Assembly (NCBI RefSeq): GCF_016592615.1
Contig: NZ_AP013043.1
Coordinates: 750,001 to 782,000 of the forward strand
Reading direction: 5' to 3'
DNA: 32,000 nucleotides
Origin: Isorropodon fossajaponicum endosymbiont JTNG4
Lineage (GTDB): Bacteria > Pseudomonadota > Gammaproteobacteria > PS1 > Pseudothioglobaceae
Positions 9,607 to 18,671 of the stretch are shown piece after piece (position 1 is the first letter of the stretch; each line of letters begins with the position of its first letter). Below the pieces are notes generated by a model that saw only the letters and a program-made list of their open reading frames with translations, was not told the origin of the DNA and made no database searches. The translations under genes were made by a program, and so were the position numbers.

Positions 9607-10771
9607 CTGCTGCCCCCATACCACCACCAATACACATTGTGACCATGCCATAACGTGAATGGGTTCTATTTAAGTGATGTAGTAAAGTCGAAGTTCTAAT
9701 ACTGCCTGTTGCTCCCAAAGGATGACCCAGTGCAATCGCACCGCCTAATGGATTAACAATATCAGGGTTAAGGTTTAATTCTTGAATAACTGCAAGACTT
9801 TGTGCTGCAAATGCTTCGTTTAACTCAATATGTTTAATTTCAGATAGGTCGATATGACACTGTTTTAACACCTTAGGGATGGCTAAAATCGGACCAATAC
9901 CCATGATTTTTGGATTAACACCACTCACAGCAAAGCCCATAAAACGAGCCACTGGTTTTAAATTAAATAATTTTAATGCTTTTTCACTGCAAAGCATCAC
10001 TGCAGATGCGCCATCGCTCATTTGTGAACTATTACCAGCAGTCACTGAACCATTGGCATGAAAAGCGCCTTTAAGTTTAGATAATTGCTCTATAGAAGTG
10101 TCAAATCGAACGCCTTCATCCTCAGAAACAACACTCAAAGTTTGCATTGTTTCTTTTGTGTCTAGGTTGTAAGTTTTGCTTATAACCTTATAAGGCTTGA
10201 TTTCATCTTTAAAATAATTTTGCTTAACAGCATGAATGACCTTTTGATGAGATTCAAATGAAAATTGGTCTTGAGCATCTCGACTAATTTTGTATTTTGT
10301 CACCACTTGTTCTGCGGTTGTGCCCATGCCATAAGCAATGCCTAAATTATCACTCTTAAAGACTTTAATATTAAAAGCAGGCTGATGTCCCATCATTGGA
10401 ATCATACTCATAGATTCCACACCACCAGCCACCATAACATCCGCCTCTCCTAGACGAATTTTATCTGCCGCATAGGCGATAGATTGTAAGCCTGAGGCGC
10501 AAAAACGATTGATTGTCACCCCAGATACAGAATTAGGGTAGTGAGCAAGCAGGGCGGATATTCGGGCAATATTAAGCCCTTGTTGCGCCTCTGGCATTGC
10601 ACAGCCAATCACAACATCATCAATCATGCCGGGATCAATACTGGGGTTATCTAGTAATAAAGCTTTTAAAACAAAACTTAATAAATCATCAGGGCGTACT
10701 TGGCTAAATACACCGCCTGCCTTACCAACAGGTGTTCTGATACTGCTAACAATATAGGCATCTTGTGTCAT
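9584..10771 (-). CDS. fadA: acetyl-CoA C-acyltransferase (3-ketoacyl-CoA thiolase)
   Basis: Thiolase active-site Cys segment NRFCASGLQS, the NEAFAAQ and GHPLGATG segments, and the C-terminal MCIGGGMGAAGVFE. Confidence 0.9.
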   Translation of the reverse strand: MTQDAYIVSSIRTPVGKAGGVFSQVRPDDLLSFVLKALLLDNPSIDPGMIDDVVIGCAMPEAQQGLNIARISALLAHYPNSVSGVTINRFCASGLQSIAYAADKIRLGEADVMVAGGVESMSMIPMMGHQPAFNIKVFKSDNLGIAYGMGTTAEQVVTKYKISRDAQDQFSFESHQKVIHAVKQNYFKDEIKPYKVISKTYNLDTKETMQTLSVVSEDEGVRFDTSIEQLSKLKGAFHANGSVTAGNSSQMSDGASAVMLCSEKALKLFNLKPVARFMGFAVSGVNPKIMGIGPILAIPKVLKQCHIDLSEIKHIELNEAFAAQSLAVIQELNLNPDIVNPLGGAIALGHPLGATGSIRTSTLLHHLNRTHSRYGMVTMCIGGGMGAAGVFENYS

Positions 10772-10772
10772 T

Positions 10773-13163
10773 TTAATTCCTCAGTGGCTTATGTTTAACC
10801 AGCATGTGTTCAATTCTATCTTGAGTTTTATCTTCTTTCAATAGTTCAATGAAGTGTTTTTTTTCTAAATTTAATAAATATTGGCTATCGACTTTAGTCT
10901 CAGACTCTAATTCACCACCACAAAGCGTATCTGCAATTTTCTGAGCAATGAGTTCATCATGCTCAGAGATAAACTCGCCAGTTCTCATATTAACCAATTG
11001 CGCCAATAAGTTGGCCTTTGCCGTCGCACCTCCGATTTTAAAATTTTGGTTTGGATTTTCTTGACGATAATGCTGTTTAATCATTAGTTGGGCTTGTTGT
11101 TTGGCAACATAAAGCAACTCAAGTCTTTGACTAATGATTAAATCTCCCTCATCTAAATATCCCATATCAACAGCTTGCTTTGCACTTGTTGATACTTTCG
11201 CCAGTCCAATTTGCTCAAAATATTGAGCTAATTTTTGAAAAATATCTTTATGCTTAGCAGCACGTCTTGCCATTTCCTTACAGCCACCACCAGCAGGTAA
11301 TAATCCAACACCCGCTTCTACCAAGCCAATATAACTTTCTACATAAGCCACACGCTTATCACAATGCATCATCATCTCGCAACCGCCACCCAGCACTAAA
11401 CCTTCAATAACAGCAATACTTGGCACTTTGCTATATTTGAGCGCCATTAATGTTTGTTGAAGCAGTTCAATCACTTCATTGGTGGGTTTTAAATTTTCAA
11501 TATTGGGCAAGTTGGGTTTGAGCAGTTGCCAAACTTTTTTCTTAGCTTGAGTGAGTAGGTTTTGATTTTCAATCATGCCTAATTTTGCACCTGCAATAAT
11601 CTCATAAAGATTAGCACCTGCACAAAATGGTGCACTGTCTTGCCAAAGAATGATTGCTTTAAAATCTTGCTCAGCGATTTTAATAGCTTGTTTTAATGAA
11701 TTAATCGCTTCTAAATTAAGCGTGTGTAGTTTAGTTTTTAAACTAAAAATACCAATACCATCATTATCGTGAAAGAATCTGGCTGAATCATTTTCAAAAA
11801 TCGTTTGACCTTGTGGCTTAATACGCTCATCCATTAAGGTGGGGCGGTAAAGCTGATGGTGATAAACAGAATGATTGGAGTAAGTTATATAGGATTTTTC
11901 TATAGGTGAATAAGCGCCTTTATCAGTATAAAAATGAGCAACATTATTAAGCCAATCTGGATTTATTACGTGTTCGTCATCTTCTAAAAATAAAGCCAAT
12001 GATTGCTTGACATTATTAGAGTGCCAAAATTCAAAAATCCCCAATGTCCAACCAAACCCCCAACGCAACGCCCAATCAATATCTCGGACAGAGCAAGCAA
12101 TATTTTGAATATGATAAGCGCTATAAAAGCAAGTGTCTTTAATAATAGAATATAAAAATTGAGCTTGAGGATGTGCGTTATTTTTAAGAAGAGCAATCTG
12201 TTGCGAGGTGTCTTTTTTTAAAATCGCTTCAACAGAAGCGTCTATGTCATAATCAGCCTCAAGATAAGTTTGACTCTCAATTTGATAAGTCTTAATCACC
12301 CCTTGTTCTTTTTTGTAAAATCCAGCCTTGGTTTTTACACCCAAAAGGTGGTTTTCTACCATGGTGCCCAACCAGGTAGGTGTTTTAAAATAATGACGCC
12401 AAGGGTCGTTTGGATGTGCATGATAAAATTGCTCAAACACATGTTTTAAAATATCTAAACCAACTAAGTCAGCAGTTCTGAAAGTGGCACTTTTAGGTCG
12501 TTTGAGTCGCTTGCCTGTGAGCGCATCAACTGTATCAAAACTTAACGATAATCGCTGGGCGTGATAAAGACACGCAGCGATTGAAAACACCCCGATTCGA
12601 TTAGCAATAAAGCCAGAAGTATCCTTAGCATGCAAAATATTTTTACCCAATTCTGAGGTAAAAAATTCCTCTAAAGTATCTAGGATTTTCTTGTCCGTTT
12701 GTGCACTAGGGACGAGTTCAATGAGTGGCATATAGCGTGGTGGATTAAAAAAATGAATGCCACAAAATCGAGATTGAAGCTTACCCAAATTTTCTCCAAT
12801 CTGGTTAATACTTAAACTTGAGGTATTGCTTGCTAAAATAACTTGACTAGACAAATAAGGCATTATTTTTTTAAGCAATGCTTGTTTGGCATCAAGGCTT
12901 TCAACAATCACCTCAATGACCAAATCACAGGCTAATAACTGTTTTAAGTCGTCCTCAAAACTAACGGGCGTGATCCAAGATTGTTGCTGAGGATGTGTGA
13001 GCGCCTCAGGTTTAAAATGGATAATACTATCTAAATCTTGTTTAACATGGTCTTGATGACCAAATAACAACGTAGGAATATTAGCATTTGCAAATACACC
13101 TGCAATTTGAACGCCCATAACGCCACTACCTAAAATACCAACTTGGTTAATTTTCATAATCAT
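10773..13163 (-). CDS. bifunctional 3-hydroxyacyl-CoA dehydrogenase / enoyl-CoA hydratase (dehydrogenase N-terminal, hydratase C-terminal; FadN-like order)
   Basis: N-terminal Rossmann motif VGILGSGVMGVQIAG and the HFFNPPRYMPLIE segment indicate HACD. The C-terminal crotonase-fold segments FCAGANL and GGGCEMMMHCD indicate ECH. This domain order is the reverse of E. coli FadB. Confidence 0.9.
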   Translation of the reverse strand: MIMKINQVGILGSGVMGVQIAGVFANANIPTLLFGHQDHVKQDLDSIIHFKPEALTHPQQQSWITPVSFEDDLKQLLACDLVIEVIVESLDAKQALLKKIMPYLSSQVILASNTSSLSINQIGENLGKLQSRFCGIHFFNPPRYMPLIELVPSAQTDKKILDTLEEFFTSELGKNILHAKDTSGFIANRIGVFSIAACLYHAQRLSLSFDTVDALTGKRLKRPKSATFRTADLVGLDILKHVFEQFYHAHPNDPWRHYFKTPTWLGTMVENHLLGVKTKAGFYKKEQGVIKTYQIESQTYLEADYDIDASVEAILKKDTSQQIALLKNNAHPQAQFLYSIIKDTCFYSAYHIQNIACSVRDIDWALRWGFGWTLGIFEFWHSNNVKQSLALFLEDDEHVINPDWLNNVAHFYTDKGAYSPIEKSYITYSNHSVYHHQLYRPTLMDERIKPQGQTIFENDSARFFHDNDGIGIFSLKTKLHTLNLEAINSLKQAIKIAEQDFKAIILWQDSAPFCAGANLYEIIAGAKLGMIENQNLLTQAKKKVWQLLKPNLPNIENLKPTNEVIELLQQTLMALKYSKVPSIAVIEGLVLGGGCEMMMHCDKRVAYVESYIGLVEAGVGLLPAGGGCKEMARRAAKHKDIFQKLAQYFEQIGLAKVSTSAKQAVDMGYLDEGDLIISQRLELLYVAKQQAQLMIKQHYRQENPNQNFKIGGATAKANLLAQLVNMRTGEFISEHDELIAQKIADTLCGGELESETKVDSQYLLNLEKKHFIELLKEDKTQDRIEHMLVKHKPLRN

Positions 13164-15486
13164 CCACCTTTAAAATTTGACGCCTCAACTGAGTTAAATT
13201 AGATAAAAGTTGGCGCTCTTGACTGGTTATTTTCTCTTGATTTAGTAATGTGTCAATTGCTTCAGGTGTATCTGTGTATTTAACATTTTTGTATACTCCT
13301 TCGGCCTTTAATGCAAATTTATAAGTTTGTTCTAATTCATCAAGTGGTGTGTCTTTGACAAGCAAAACATCATCGGTTAAATCTTCTTTAAGATTTTTAT
13401 CGTGAATGAGTTGGTTAATAATTTTATTTTGCAAGTCAATAGAAGGCTTGGCTTGACTAATTCCTCTTGGTAAAACCAGCCATTTAAAAGCCCAAGTATA
13501 TTTGAATTGATCACAAATTTCTTTTAGTAATAATTGTGACTCATAAACATAGTTTTGTGCTGTCCATTTGAGCAGATCATCAAAATGACTATCCAGCGTT
13601 TCTACGTACTTCAACAAAGTAGAAATACCATACATCTTAATCAGTAAATCAGCAAACAACCCATTCATACTTTCTTGAAATTTAATGCTTGAGCCATGTT
13701 TGATTAATGCCATTTCAACCAAAAAGGCAAAGCTTGCGCTTATACTGCTAAGTTGCTGATAATAAGGCCTAGTGATGCTTTTTATATTTTTTGGGGTGAT
13801 GGCAACTTTGCCATTGCTTAGTGCAAAAATAAAGCTTTTAGCCTTAACGGCAGATAAATAAGCAAGATGTTTACCCAGTGTTTTATTAAATGAGACATAA
13901 TCTTGATTTTCTAAACTTGTTAGCTCATCTTTTAAGAAAGGGTGACAACGCATTAACCCTTGGCCAAATATAATCATTGATCTGGTTAAAATATTTGCTC
14001 CTTCAACTGTAATGGCAATTGGAATACTTTGATAAATATTGGCCAAATAGTTACGCTTACCAAGCATGACTGTTTTGCCACCATGAATATCCATGGCTCG
14101 ATTAACATTAACCCTTAACAATTCAGTATGATGATATTTTAAAATTGCAGAACTGATAGATGGATTAAGCCCCTGATCTAGCAAACTTAAATGAAAATCA
14201 CTCATGGCTTTCATAACCAGTACATCTGCTGCCATGAGTACAATTTTCTCAGCCACACCTTGAAAACAATACAAAGATTGCTTAAATTGCTTTCTAATAA
14301 GTGCGTATTCAATTGAAGTCTTAAGGCTTAACTGAACACCAGATGATGACAAAGAGGGGAGTGATACACCCCTGCCTAATGATAATGATTCCATCAACAT
14401 CGACCAACCTTGTCCAATCATCGCTTGACCGCCAATCAAAGCAGACATTGGGATAAACACATCCTTGCCTTGGTGTGGTCCATTGCTAAATTCTGAGCCA
14501 ATAGGGTGATGACATCGACCGATACTAATACCTGCTAAGGTACTATCAATCAAAGCACAAGTAATACCTAGGTTGATTTTTTTACCAATTAGCCCATCAG
14601 GGTCATATGTTTTAAAAGCAAGCCCAATTAGGGTTGCTATTGGCGCAAGCGTGGTATAACGCTTATCCCAATTAAGTAAAATACCTAAAGTTTTCTCACT
14701 TTGATAGTTTTGATAACAAACCACGCCAGAATCCGTCATTGCGCCTGCATCTGAGCCTGCTTCAGTTGAGGTTAATGCAAAGCAAGGAATGTGTTCACCT
14801 GTTGCTAATTTGGGCAACAAATCTTGTTTTTGTTGGTCTGTGCCATGATGTGAAATTAACTCTGCAGGTCCTAATGAGTTTGGCACCATAACCGTGACTG
14901 CTAATGACACATCACAACTAGAGAGTTGGGTTAAAATTTTTGCATGCGCCTTTGCTGAAAATGCTAAGCCGCCATATTTTTTAGGAATATTAAGCGCCCA
15001 AAATCCTTCTGATTTTATTTGATTTAGGGTTTTGTCTGTTAATCCAAATTGGTTAAAAGTATCACATAGCGCACTCACATGATTATCAATAAACGCTTGT
15101 TCTTGGTTAGATAATAGCTTACTTTTAACAGACAACAACTCATCCCAATCAAGTTGATTGCTAAATAATTGCGACTCCCAATGAGTGTCACCGCTTTCCA
15201 TGGCAACTTTTTCACTATCACCAATCAAAGGTTTTTTATGATTAAATAACTTAATAACAATAGGCTTGATGAAAAGTAATCTAAAAGATGGGACAACCAA
15301 TATCAAATTAGCCAGTAATAAAAATAGTCCAAGCCCCCATACAATGAATAGATTTAACTGCAAAGCAATAAGAAAATAAAGGCTCACAAGGGAAAGAGTA
15401 AGCACAAAGAATGCAAAATACCGCTCAATTCTAACAAATAAGGCAGTGATTACAATAACTAATATCAGGTAATACAATACAAGCAT
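13147..15486 (-). CDS. fadE: acyl-CoA dehydrogenase, large FadE type with N-terminal membrane helices
   Basis: 779 aa with a hydrophobic N-terminus of about 70 aa, an ACAD core (FALTSTEAGSDAG) and a long C-terminal extension as in E. coli FadE. It overlaps the next gene by 17 nt. Confidence 0.9.
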   Translation of the reverse strand: MLVLYYLILVIVITALFVRIERYFAFFVLTLSLVSLYFLIALQLNLFIVWGLGLFLLLANLILVVPSFRLLFIKPIVIKLFNHKKPLIGDSEKVAMESGDTHWESQLFSNQLDWDELLSVKSKLLSNQEQAFIDNHVSALCDTFNQFGLTDKTLNQIKSEGFWALNIPKKYGGLAFSAKAHAKILTQLSSCDVSLAVTVMVPNSLGPAELISHHGTDQQKQDLLPKLATGEHIPCFALTSTEAGSDAGAMTDSGVVCYQNYQSEKTLGILLNWDKRYTTLAPIATLIGLAFKTYDPDGLIGKKINLGITCALIDSTLAGISIGRCHHPIGSEFSNGPHQGKDVFIPMSALIGGQAMIGQGWSMLMESLSLGRGVSLPSLSSSGVQLSLKTSIEYALIRKQFKQSLYCFQGVAEKIVLMAADVLVMKAMSDFHLSLLDQGLNPSISSAILKYHHTELLRVNVNRAMDIHGGKTVMLGKRNYLANIYQSIPIAITVEGANILTRSMIIFGQGLMRCHPFLKDELTSLENQDYVSFNKTLGKHLAYLSAVKAKSFIFALSNGKVAITPKNIKSITRPYYQQLSSISASFAFLVEMALIKHGSSIKFQESMNGLFADLLIKMYGISTLLKYVETLDSHFDDLLKWTAQNYVYESQLLLKEICDQFKYTWAFKWLVLPRGISQAKPSIDLQNKIINQLIHDKNLKEDLTDDVLLVKDTPLDELEQTYKFALKAEGVYKNVKYTDTPEAIDTLLNQEKITSQERQLLSNLTQLRRQILKVDDYEN

Positions 15487-15586
15487 AAACCTATCATAAC
15501 CTTTTTTTTACAAGCAGTGTTATTGAAAAATCAACTAAATTGGTAGGGCAATCAATTGAGAGTCATCCAATCCATTTTCAAACAAC

Positions 15587-15604
15587 AATTTACTTAAGTA
15601 AATT
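15587..15604. promoter_or_regulatory. perfect 18-bp palindrome AATTTACTTAAGTAAATT upstream of fadE; candidate operator
   Basis: Perfect dyad about 100 bp upstream of the fadE start codon, in the only sizeable non-coding gap 5' of the fad operon. The cognate regulator is unknown. Confidence 0.3.
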
Positions 15605-15667
15605 AACACTTCAGCTGGCGTACAAAGATACACCACAGACTGGTTAACAATTGACAAATCTAGCGCG

Positions 15668-16111
15668 CTAAAAATCTGCTTTGCTATACTTTTTAGCAAT
15701 CATTTTTTTTTGATAACGGTCAAATTCACAAGCAATAGAATGATAGGTATATTTATCTATCATTGTTTGCCAAGATTTGGCGTGATTATCTAAATAAGGT
15801 GCTGATTCAGTAGCAGGGTAGGCCCAATAAAAATGCATTGAGTTGGACATTTGTAGCGAAAAAGCATGTTCAACTAGACCCCTAATTGAAGCAAAACCAC
15901 CATCCCAAGCAATAAACAACATAGGCAATGTCGAGGCTTCTTTAAGAACAAATATACCCTTAGGACCCTTTAAGGCTACTTTACTTTTAACTTTAAGTGA
16001 TTTGTTAAAAATAGCTTGTGCAAAAGCGTCAGGCTTGTTGTTACGAATATGAAATTCTTTTGAAATATTTATCCAAACTTTAGTTTTTGGTAAACTATTC
16101 TTAAAACTAAT
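15668..16111 (-). pseudogene. remnant of a ferredoxin-NAD(P) reductase-family flavin reductase (FAD/NAD-binding oxidoreductase), lacking its 5' part
   Basis: The frame is open between stops and reads ..KEFHIRNNKPDAFAQAIFNKSLKVKSKVALKGPKGIFVLKEASTLPMLFIAWDGGFASIRGLVEHAF..HFYWAY... It shows the EFHIR, GPxGxF and (F)IAGGTGxAP-like motifs of the FNR-like fold. The glycine motif is degenerate (AWDGGFAS), the RxYS/FAD part is absent, the C-terminal part is about 35 aa short, and there is no start codon before the mid-domain ATG at 15928. Confidence 0.55.
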
Positions 16112-16121
16112 TTATCTAGCA

Positions 16122-16544
16122 ATGGGCTTATTCAGTAAATACAAAAAACAAAAAAAGAAGTTTGATAAAAATCAGGACTGGCGTAAAGATTTAAAACGCA
16201 ATAATGCGCTAAAAAATATCGCAGAACAACAAGGATTTTCTTTTAAAGAAAACATTGATACAAATAGTAATTTAGATATACTTTGTCCTAAGAAAGGACT
16301 AAGTTTGAATTATGCAGAAATAAGCCCAGACCAAGTCAAAATTTTAAAACAATGTGACGCTGAAAGTAGTGCTGACGAATTGATGAAAATTCTAAAAAGA
16401 ACACACAAGACAAGATTCAAGAATGATATTTTAAATCCACTACTTGAATATGGTTTTTTTGAACGAACCATTCCAGAAAAACCCAAAAGTCCAAAACAAA
16501 AATACAGACTTACCAAACAGTTTGTTAATGTAAATTCGATATAA
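16122..16544 (+). CDS. small basic hypothetical protein with a C-terminal winged-helix segment like the C-termini of Fic / AlbA_2 (RecG-like) regulators
   Basis: The C-terminal ..QVKILKQCDAESSADELMKILKRTHKTRFKNDILNPLLEYGFFERTIPEKPKSPKQKYRLT matches, from memory, the conserved ..yL.PLi..Gl.e.TiPdkPnS.nQkYrlT tail. The N-terminal 60 aa is Lys-rich with no recognisable domain. It may be the 3' relic of a larger gene. Confidence 0.5.
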   Translation: MGLFSKYKKQKKKFDKNQDWRKDLKRNNALKNIAEQQGFSFKENIDTNSNLDILCPKKGLSLNYAEISPDQVKILKQCDAESSADELMKILKRTHKTRFKNDILNPLLEYGFFERTIPEKPKSPKQKYRLTKQFVNVNSI

Positions 16545-16556
16545 GCGTAAATTTTG

Positions 16557-16578
16557 GCTAAAAACCCTATTTTTTAGC
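16557..16578 (+). terminator. weak AU-rich hairpin downstream of the 16122-16544 ORF
   Basis: GCTAAAAA (16557-16564), a 6-nt loop, then TTTTTAGC (16571-16578). The stem is almost all A/T, so this is a weak intrinsic-terminator candidate. Confidence 0.25.
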
Positions 16579-16697
16579 TCTTAGCTCTAAATTCTTATTT
16601 TTACAAGCTTTTATAGAAAAGTAATGACTGAACCTTAAACTTATATAAAATCGTTTAAAAATAAAGAAAAAATTTTATTTTTTATAAGTTCAAGCGT

Positions 16698-16964
16698 TTG
16701 GTGGTATTGGATATTTCAGCGCAATGGTGTGGGCCTTGTAAAGATTTAGAGCCTGTGATTAAATCAGTTGCTAATGAGTGTGATGAGCGTGATTTTTTAT
16801 TAACAAAGTTAGAGGCTGGAGATGAGAATATAAAGATTGCTGGTCGTTACCATGTGCGTGAATTTCCAACCGTTATTGCCTTTATTAAGAATCGCTTTCA
16901 CTCGGTACAATCACACGATTTTATTCGTTGTTTTATTGATAAAAATTTGGCTAAATTTAAATGA
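16698..16964 (+). CDS. thioredoxin-fold protein with WCGPC active site, N-terminally truncated (possible pseudogene)
   Basis: Reads VVLDISAQWCGPCKDLEPVIKSVA...REFPTVIAF. Only a TTG start is available, 8 codons before the CGPC motif, and an in-frame stop lies 11 codons further upstream, so the usual first beta-alpha unit is missing. Its TGA overlaps the hemH ATG (ATGA at 16961-16964). Confidence 0.5.
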   Translation: MVVLDISAQWCGPCKDLEPVIKSVANECDERDFLLTKLEAGDENIKIAGRYHVREFPTVIAFIKNRFHSVQSHDFIRCFIDKNLAKFK

Positions 16965-17935
16965 AAACAGGTATTTTACTAACCAATCTTGGCACACCAG
17001 ATGCGCCTACAAGGGTTGCTTTAAAGCGATATTTATCTGAATTCTTATCAGACCCTAGAGTTGTTGACCCGCCTAATAAATTAATATGGTGGCTGGCATT
17101 AAATGTCGTTATTCTCAATATCAGGCCTAAAAAATCAGCCAAAAATTACGCCAAGATTTGGAATAAAATTGGTGCTGGCTCTCCCTTACTAAGTATCACT
17201 AAGTTGCAATTACAAGGCGTTAAAAAAACATTGCTTGAACAACATGAAAACTTAGTATTTGAGGTGGGTATGCGTTATGGAAATCCTTCTATTTCATCAG
17301 CTTTAGATAAGTTATACGCCCAAGGTTGTGAAAAAATCATTGTCTTACCACTTTATCCTCAATATTCAAACACAACGACACTTTCAACATTAGACGCCAT
17401 TAACCAAACATTGGACTCTTGGGTGCAAAAGCCAGAAATAGCCTTCATTGAGTATTATTATGACAATAATGGCTATCTTCAATCTCTTGCTAATTCGGTG
17501 TTAGAGCATCAAACTAAGTATGGAAAGCCAGATAAATTAATGATTTCATTTCACGGCATTCCTCAGCGATATGTTGATAATGGCGATGTATATTATGATC
17601 ATTGCGTTAGCACGGCTAAGTTACTTGCTAAAAAGCTAGATTTGGATGAAAGTGACTACTTATTCAGTTTTCAATCTATTTTTGGACGAGAGCCGTGGAC
17701 CAAGCCACAAACCAAAGAAAGATTAAAAGCGTTGGCCGGTGACGGTGTTGCGCATATTCAAGTTATTTGTCCAGGATTTTCGGCCGATTGTTTGGAGACC
17801 TTAGAAGAGATTGAATGTGAAAATCGTGATTATTTTATCCAAGCTGGTGGTTGCCAGTTTAGCTACATTCCTGCATTAAATGATAGAGACGACCACATAA
17901 AGATGCTCATCGATTTAATTTCCACTCATTTATGA
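16961..17935 (+). CDS. hemH: ferrochelatase
   Basis: 324 aa with the typical N-terminus GILLTNLGTPDAPT..ALKRYLSEFLSDPRVV, plus the LPLYPQYS and FSFQS motifs. Confidence 0.9.
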   Translation: MKTGILLTNLGTPDAPTRVALKRYLSEFLSDPRVVDPPNKLIWWLALNVVILNIRPKKSAKNYAKIWNKIGAGSPLLSITKLQLQGVKKTLLEQHENLVFEVGMRYGNPSISSALDKLYAQGCEKIIVLPLYPQYSNTTTLSTLDAINQTLDSWVQKPEIAFIEYYYDNNGYLQSLANSVLEHQTKYGKPDKLMISFHGIPQRYVDNGDVYYDHCVSTAKLLAKKLDLDESDYLFSFQSIFGREPWTKPQTKERLKALAGDGVAHIQVICPGFSADCLETLEEIECENRDYFIQAGGCQFSYIPALNDRDDHIKMLIDLISTHL

Positions 17936-17993
17936 CTACTTCGCATAATTTATATTATGTTAAATAATTGTTTTTTAAACCTGTACTAACCTA

Positions 17994-18049
17994 CTGCGTT
18001 TGCCATAGGTGTATCCAACTTCAATAGCAGTTTGTTTGATTAATTTAAT
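17994..18049 (-). mobile_element. 56-bp orphan fragment of the same IS3-family orfB (third copy)
   Basis: The reverse complement of 17994-18049 is identical (56/56) to 2710-2765 inside the orfB fragment of copy A. The match ends abruptly on both sides. Confidence 0.8.
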
Positions 18050-18074
18050 TAGGATAGTCAAAGCATGAAATAAA

Positions 18075-18510
18075 CCCCTAATGGAAGACCTAAAGATTAA
18101 AAAAGACAACGTTAAAAAAACTCGAAACTGTTGTAATTTAAATTACTAACAGCATAATAAGCCGCATAGGCAACAATCATCTTTCCATAAAGCATTTAAG
18201 CCTCTAGTAATATTAATTGGCGTATTGACACCGATATTACGCTCAAAACTTTCAGAATAATTACCGAATTTAAATAAGCGTACCAAAGGTTAAATTGAGT
18301 GGTTAAAGCCTTGCGCCGCCGCCCTTCCTTCTATACCAGTAAAAAGCATTTACATAATTTTGAGTAAAATACCCTTGCCTTTTTTGGAAAGTATCAGCCA
18401 ATTGGTACTGCGCCTCAGCATTGCCTAAAAGAGGCTTGATGTTGAATTTCAATAGCCTCAGCAGTGCTTAAGCTTGATTCTGCCAATAAGTGTTTGTGAA
18501 TTTGGCTCAT
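18075..18510 (-). pseudogene. Sel1-like (TPR-type) repeat protein remnant with multiple frame breaks
   Basis: Minus-strand pieces lie in different frames: MSQIHKHLLAESSL.., GNAEAQYQLADTFQK.., TQNYVNAFYWYR.., AAAQGFNHS.. and NLTFGTLI. The GNAEAQYxLA and AxxWYxKAAxQG pattern is the Sel1 repeat signature. Stops and frameshifts interrupt every repeat. Confidence 0.4.
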
Positions 18511-18625
18511 TAATCGCCTCTTATTTATTGTTTATTTAATTGAATATACCACCGATTTTTACGCTTGTAAAGTAAAAAATAATTAATAATATTATTATAT
18601 TAAATCAATGACTTATATAGTATTT

Positions 18626-18641
18626 ATGGTATAAATACCAT
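18626..18641. promoter_or_regulatory. 16-bp palindrome ATGGTATAAATACCAT upstream of the HTH-nadE ORF; candidate operator
   Basis: Perfect 7-bp arms (ATGGTAT / ATACCAT) around a central AA, about 95 bp upstream of the ATG at 18735. GGTAT(T/A) motifs recur in the flanks. Confidence 0.3.
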
Positions 18642-18671
18642 GACTGGTATTTTTTAACTAATTTAATGGTT

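Noticed and set aside
7600-12196. ORFs 7600-7866 (+), 9879-10061 (+) and 11984-12196 (-) inside fadD, fadA and the HACD/ECH gene
   Set aside because: They are embedded in well-supported genes, in antisense or in alternative frames. There is no independent evidence for them.
16837-17142. ORFs 16837-17040 (+) and 16957-17142 (-) around the hemH start
   Set aside because: They overlap the thioredoxin-like and hemH frames, which carry recognisable motifs. Their own translations are featureless.
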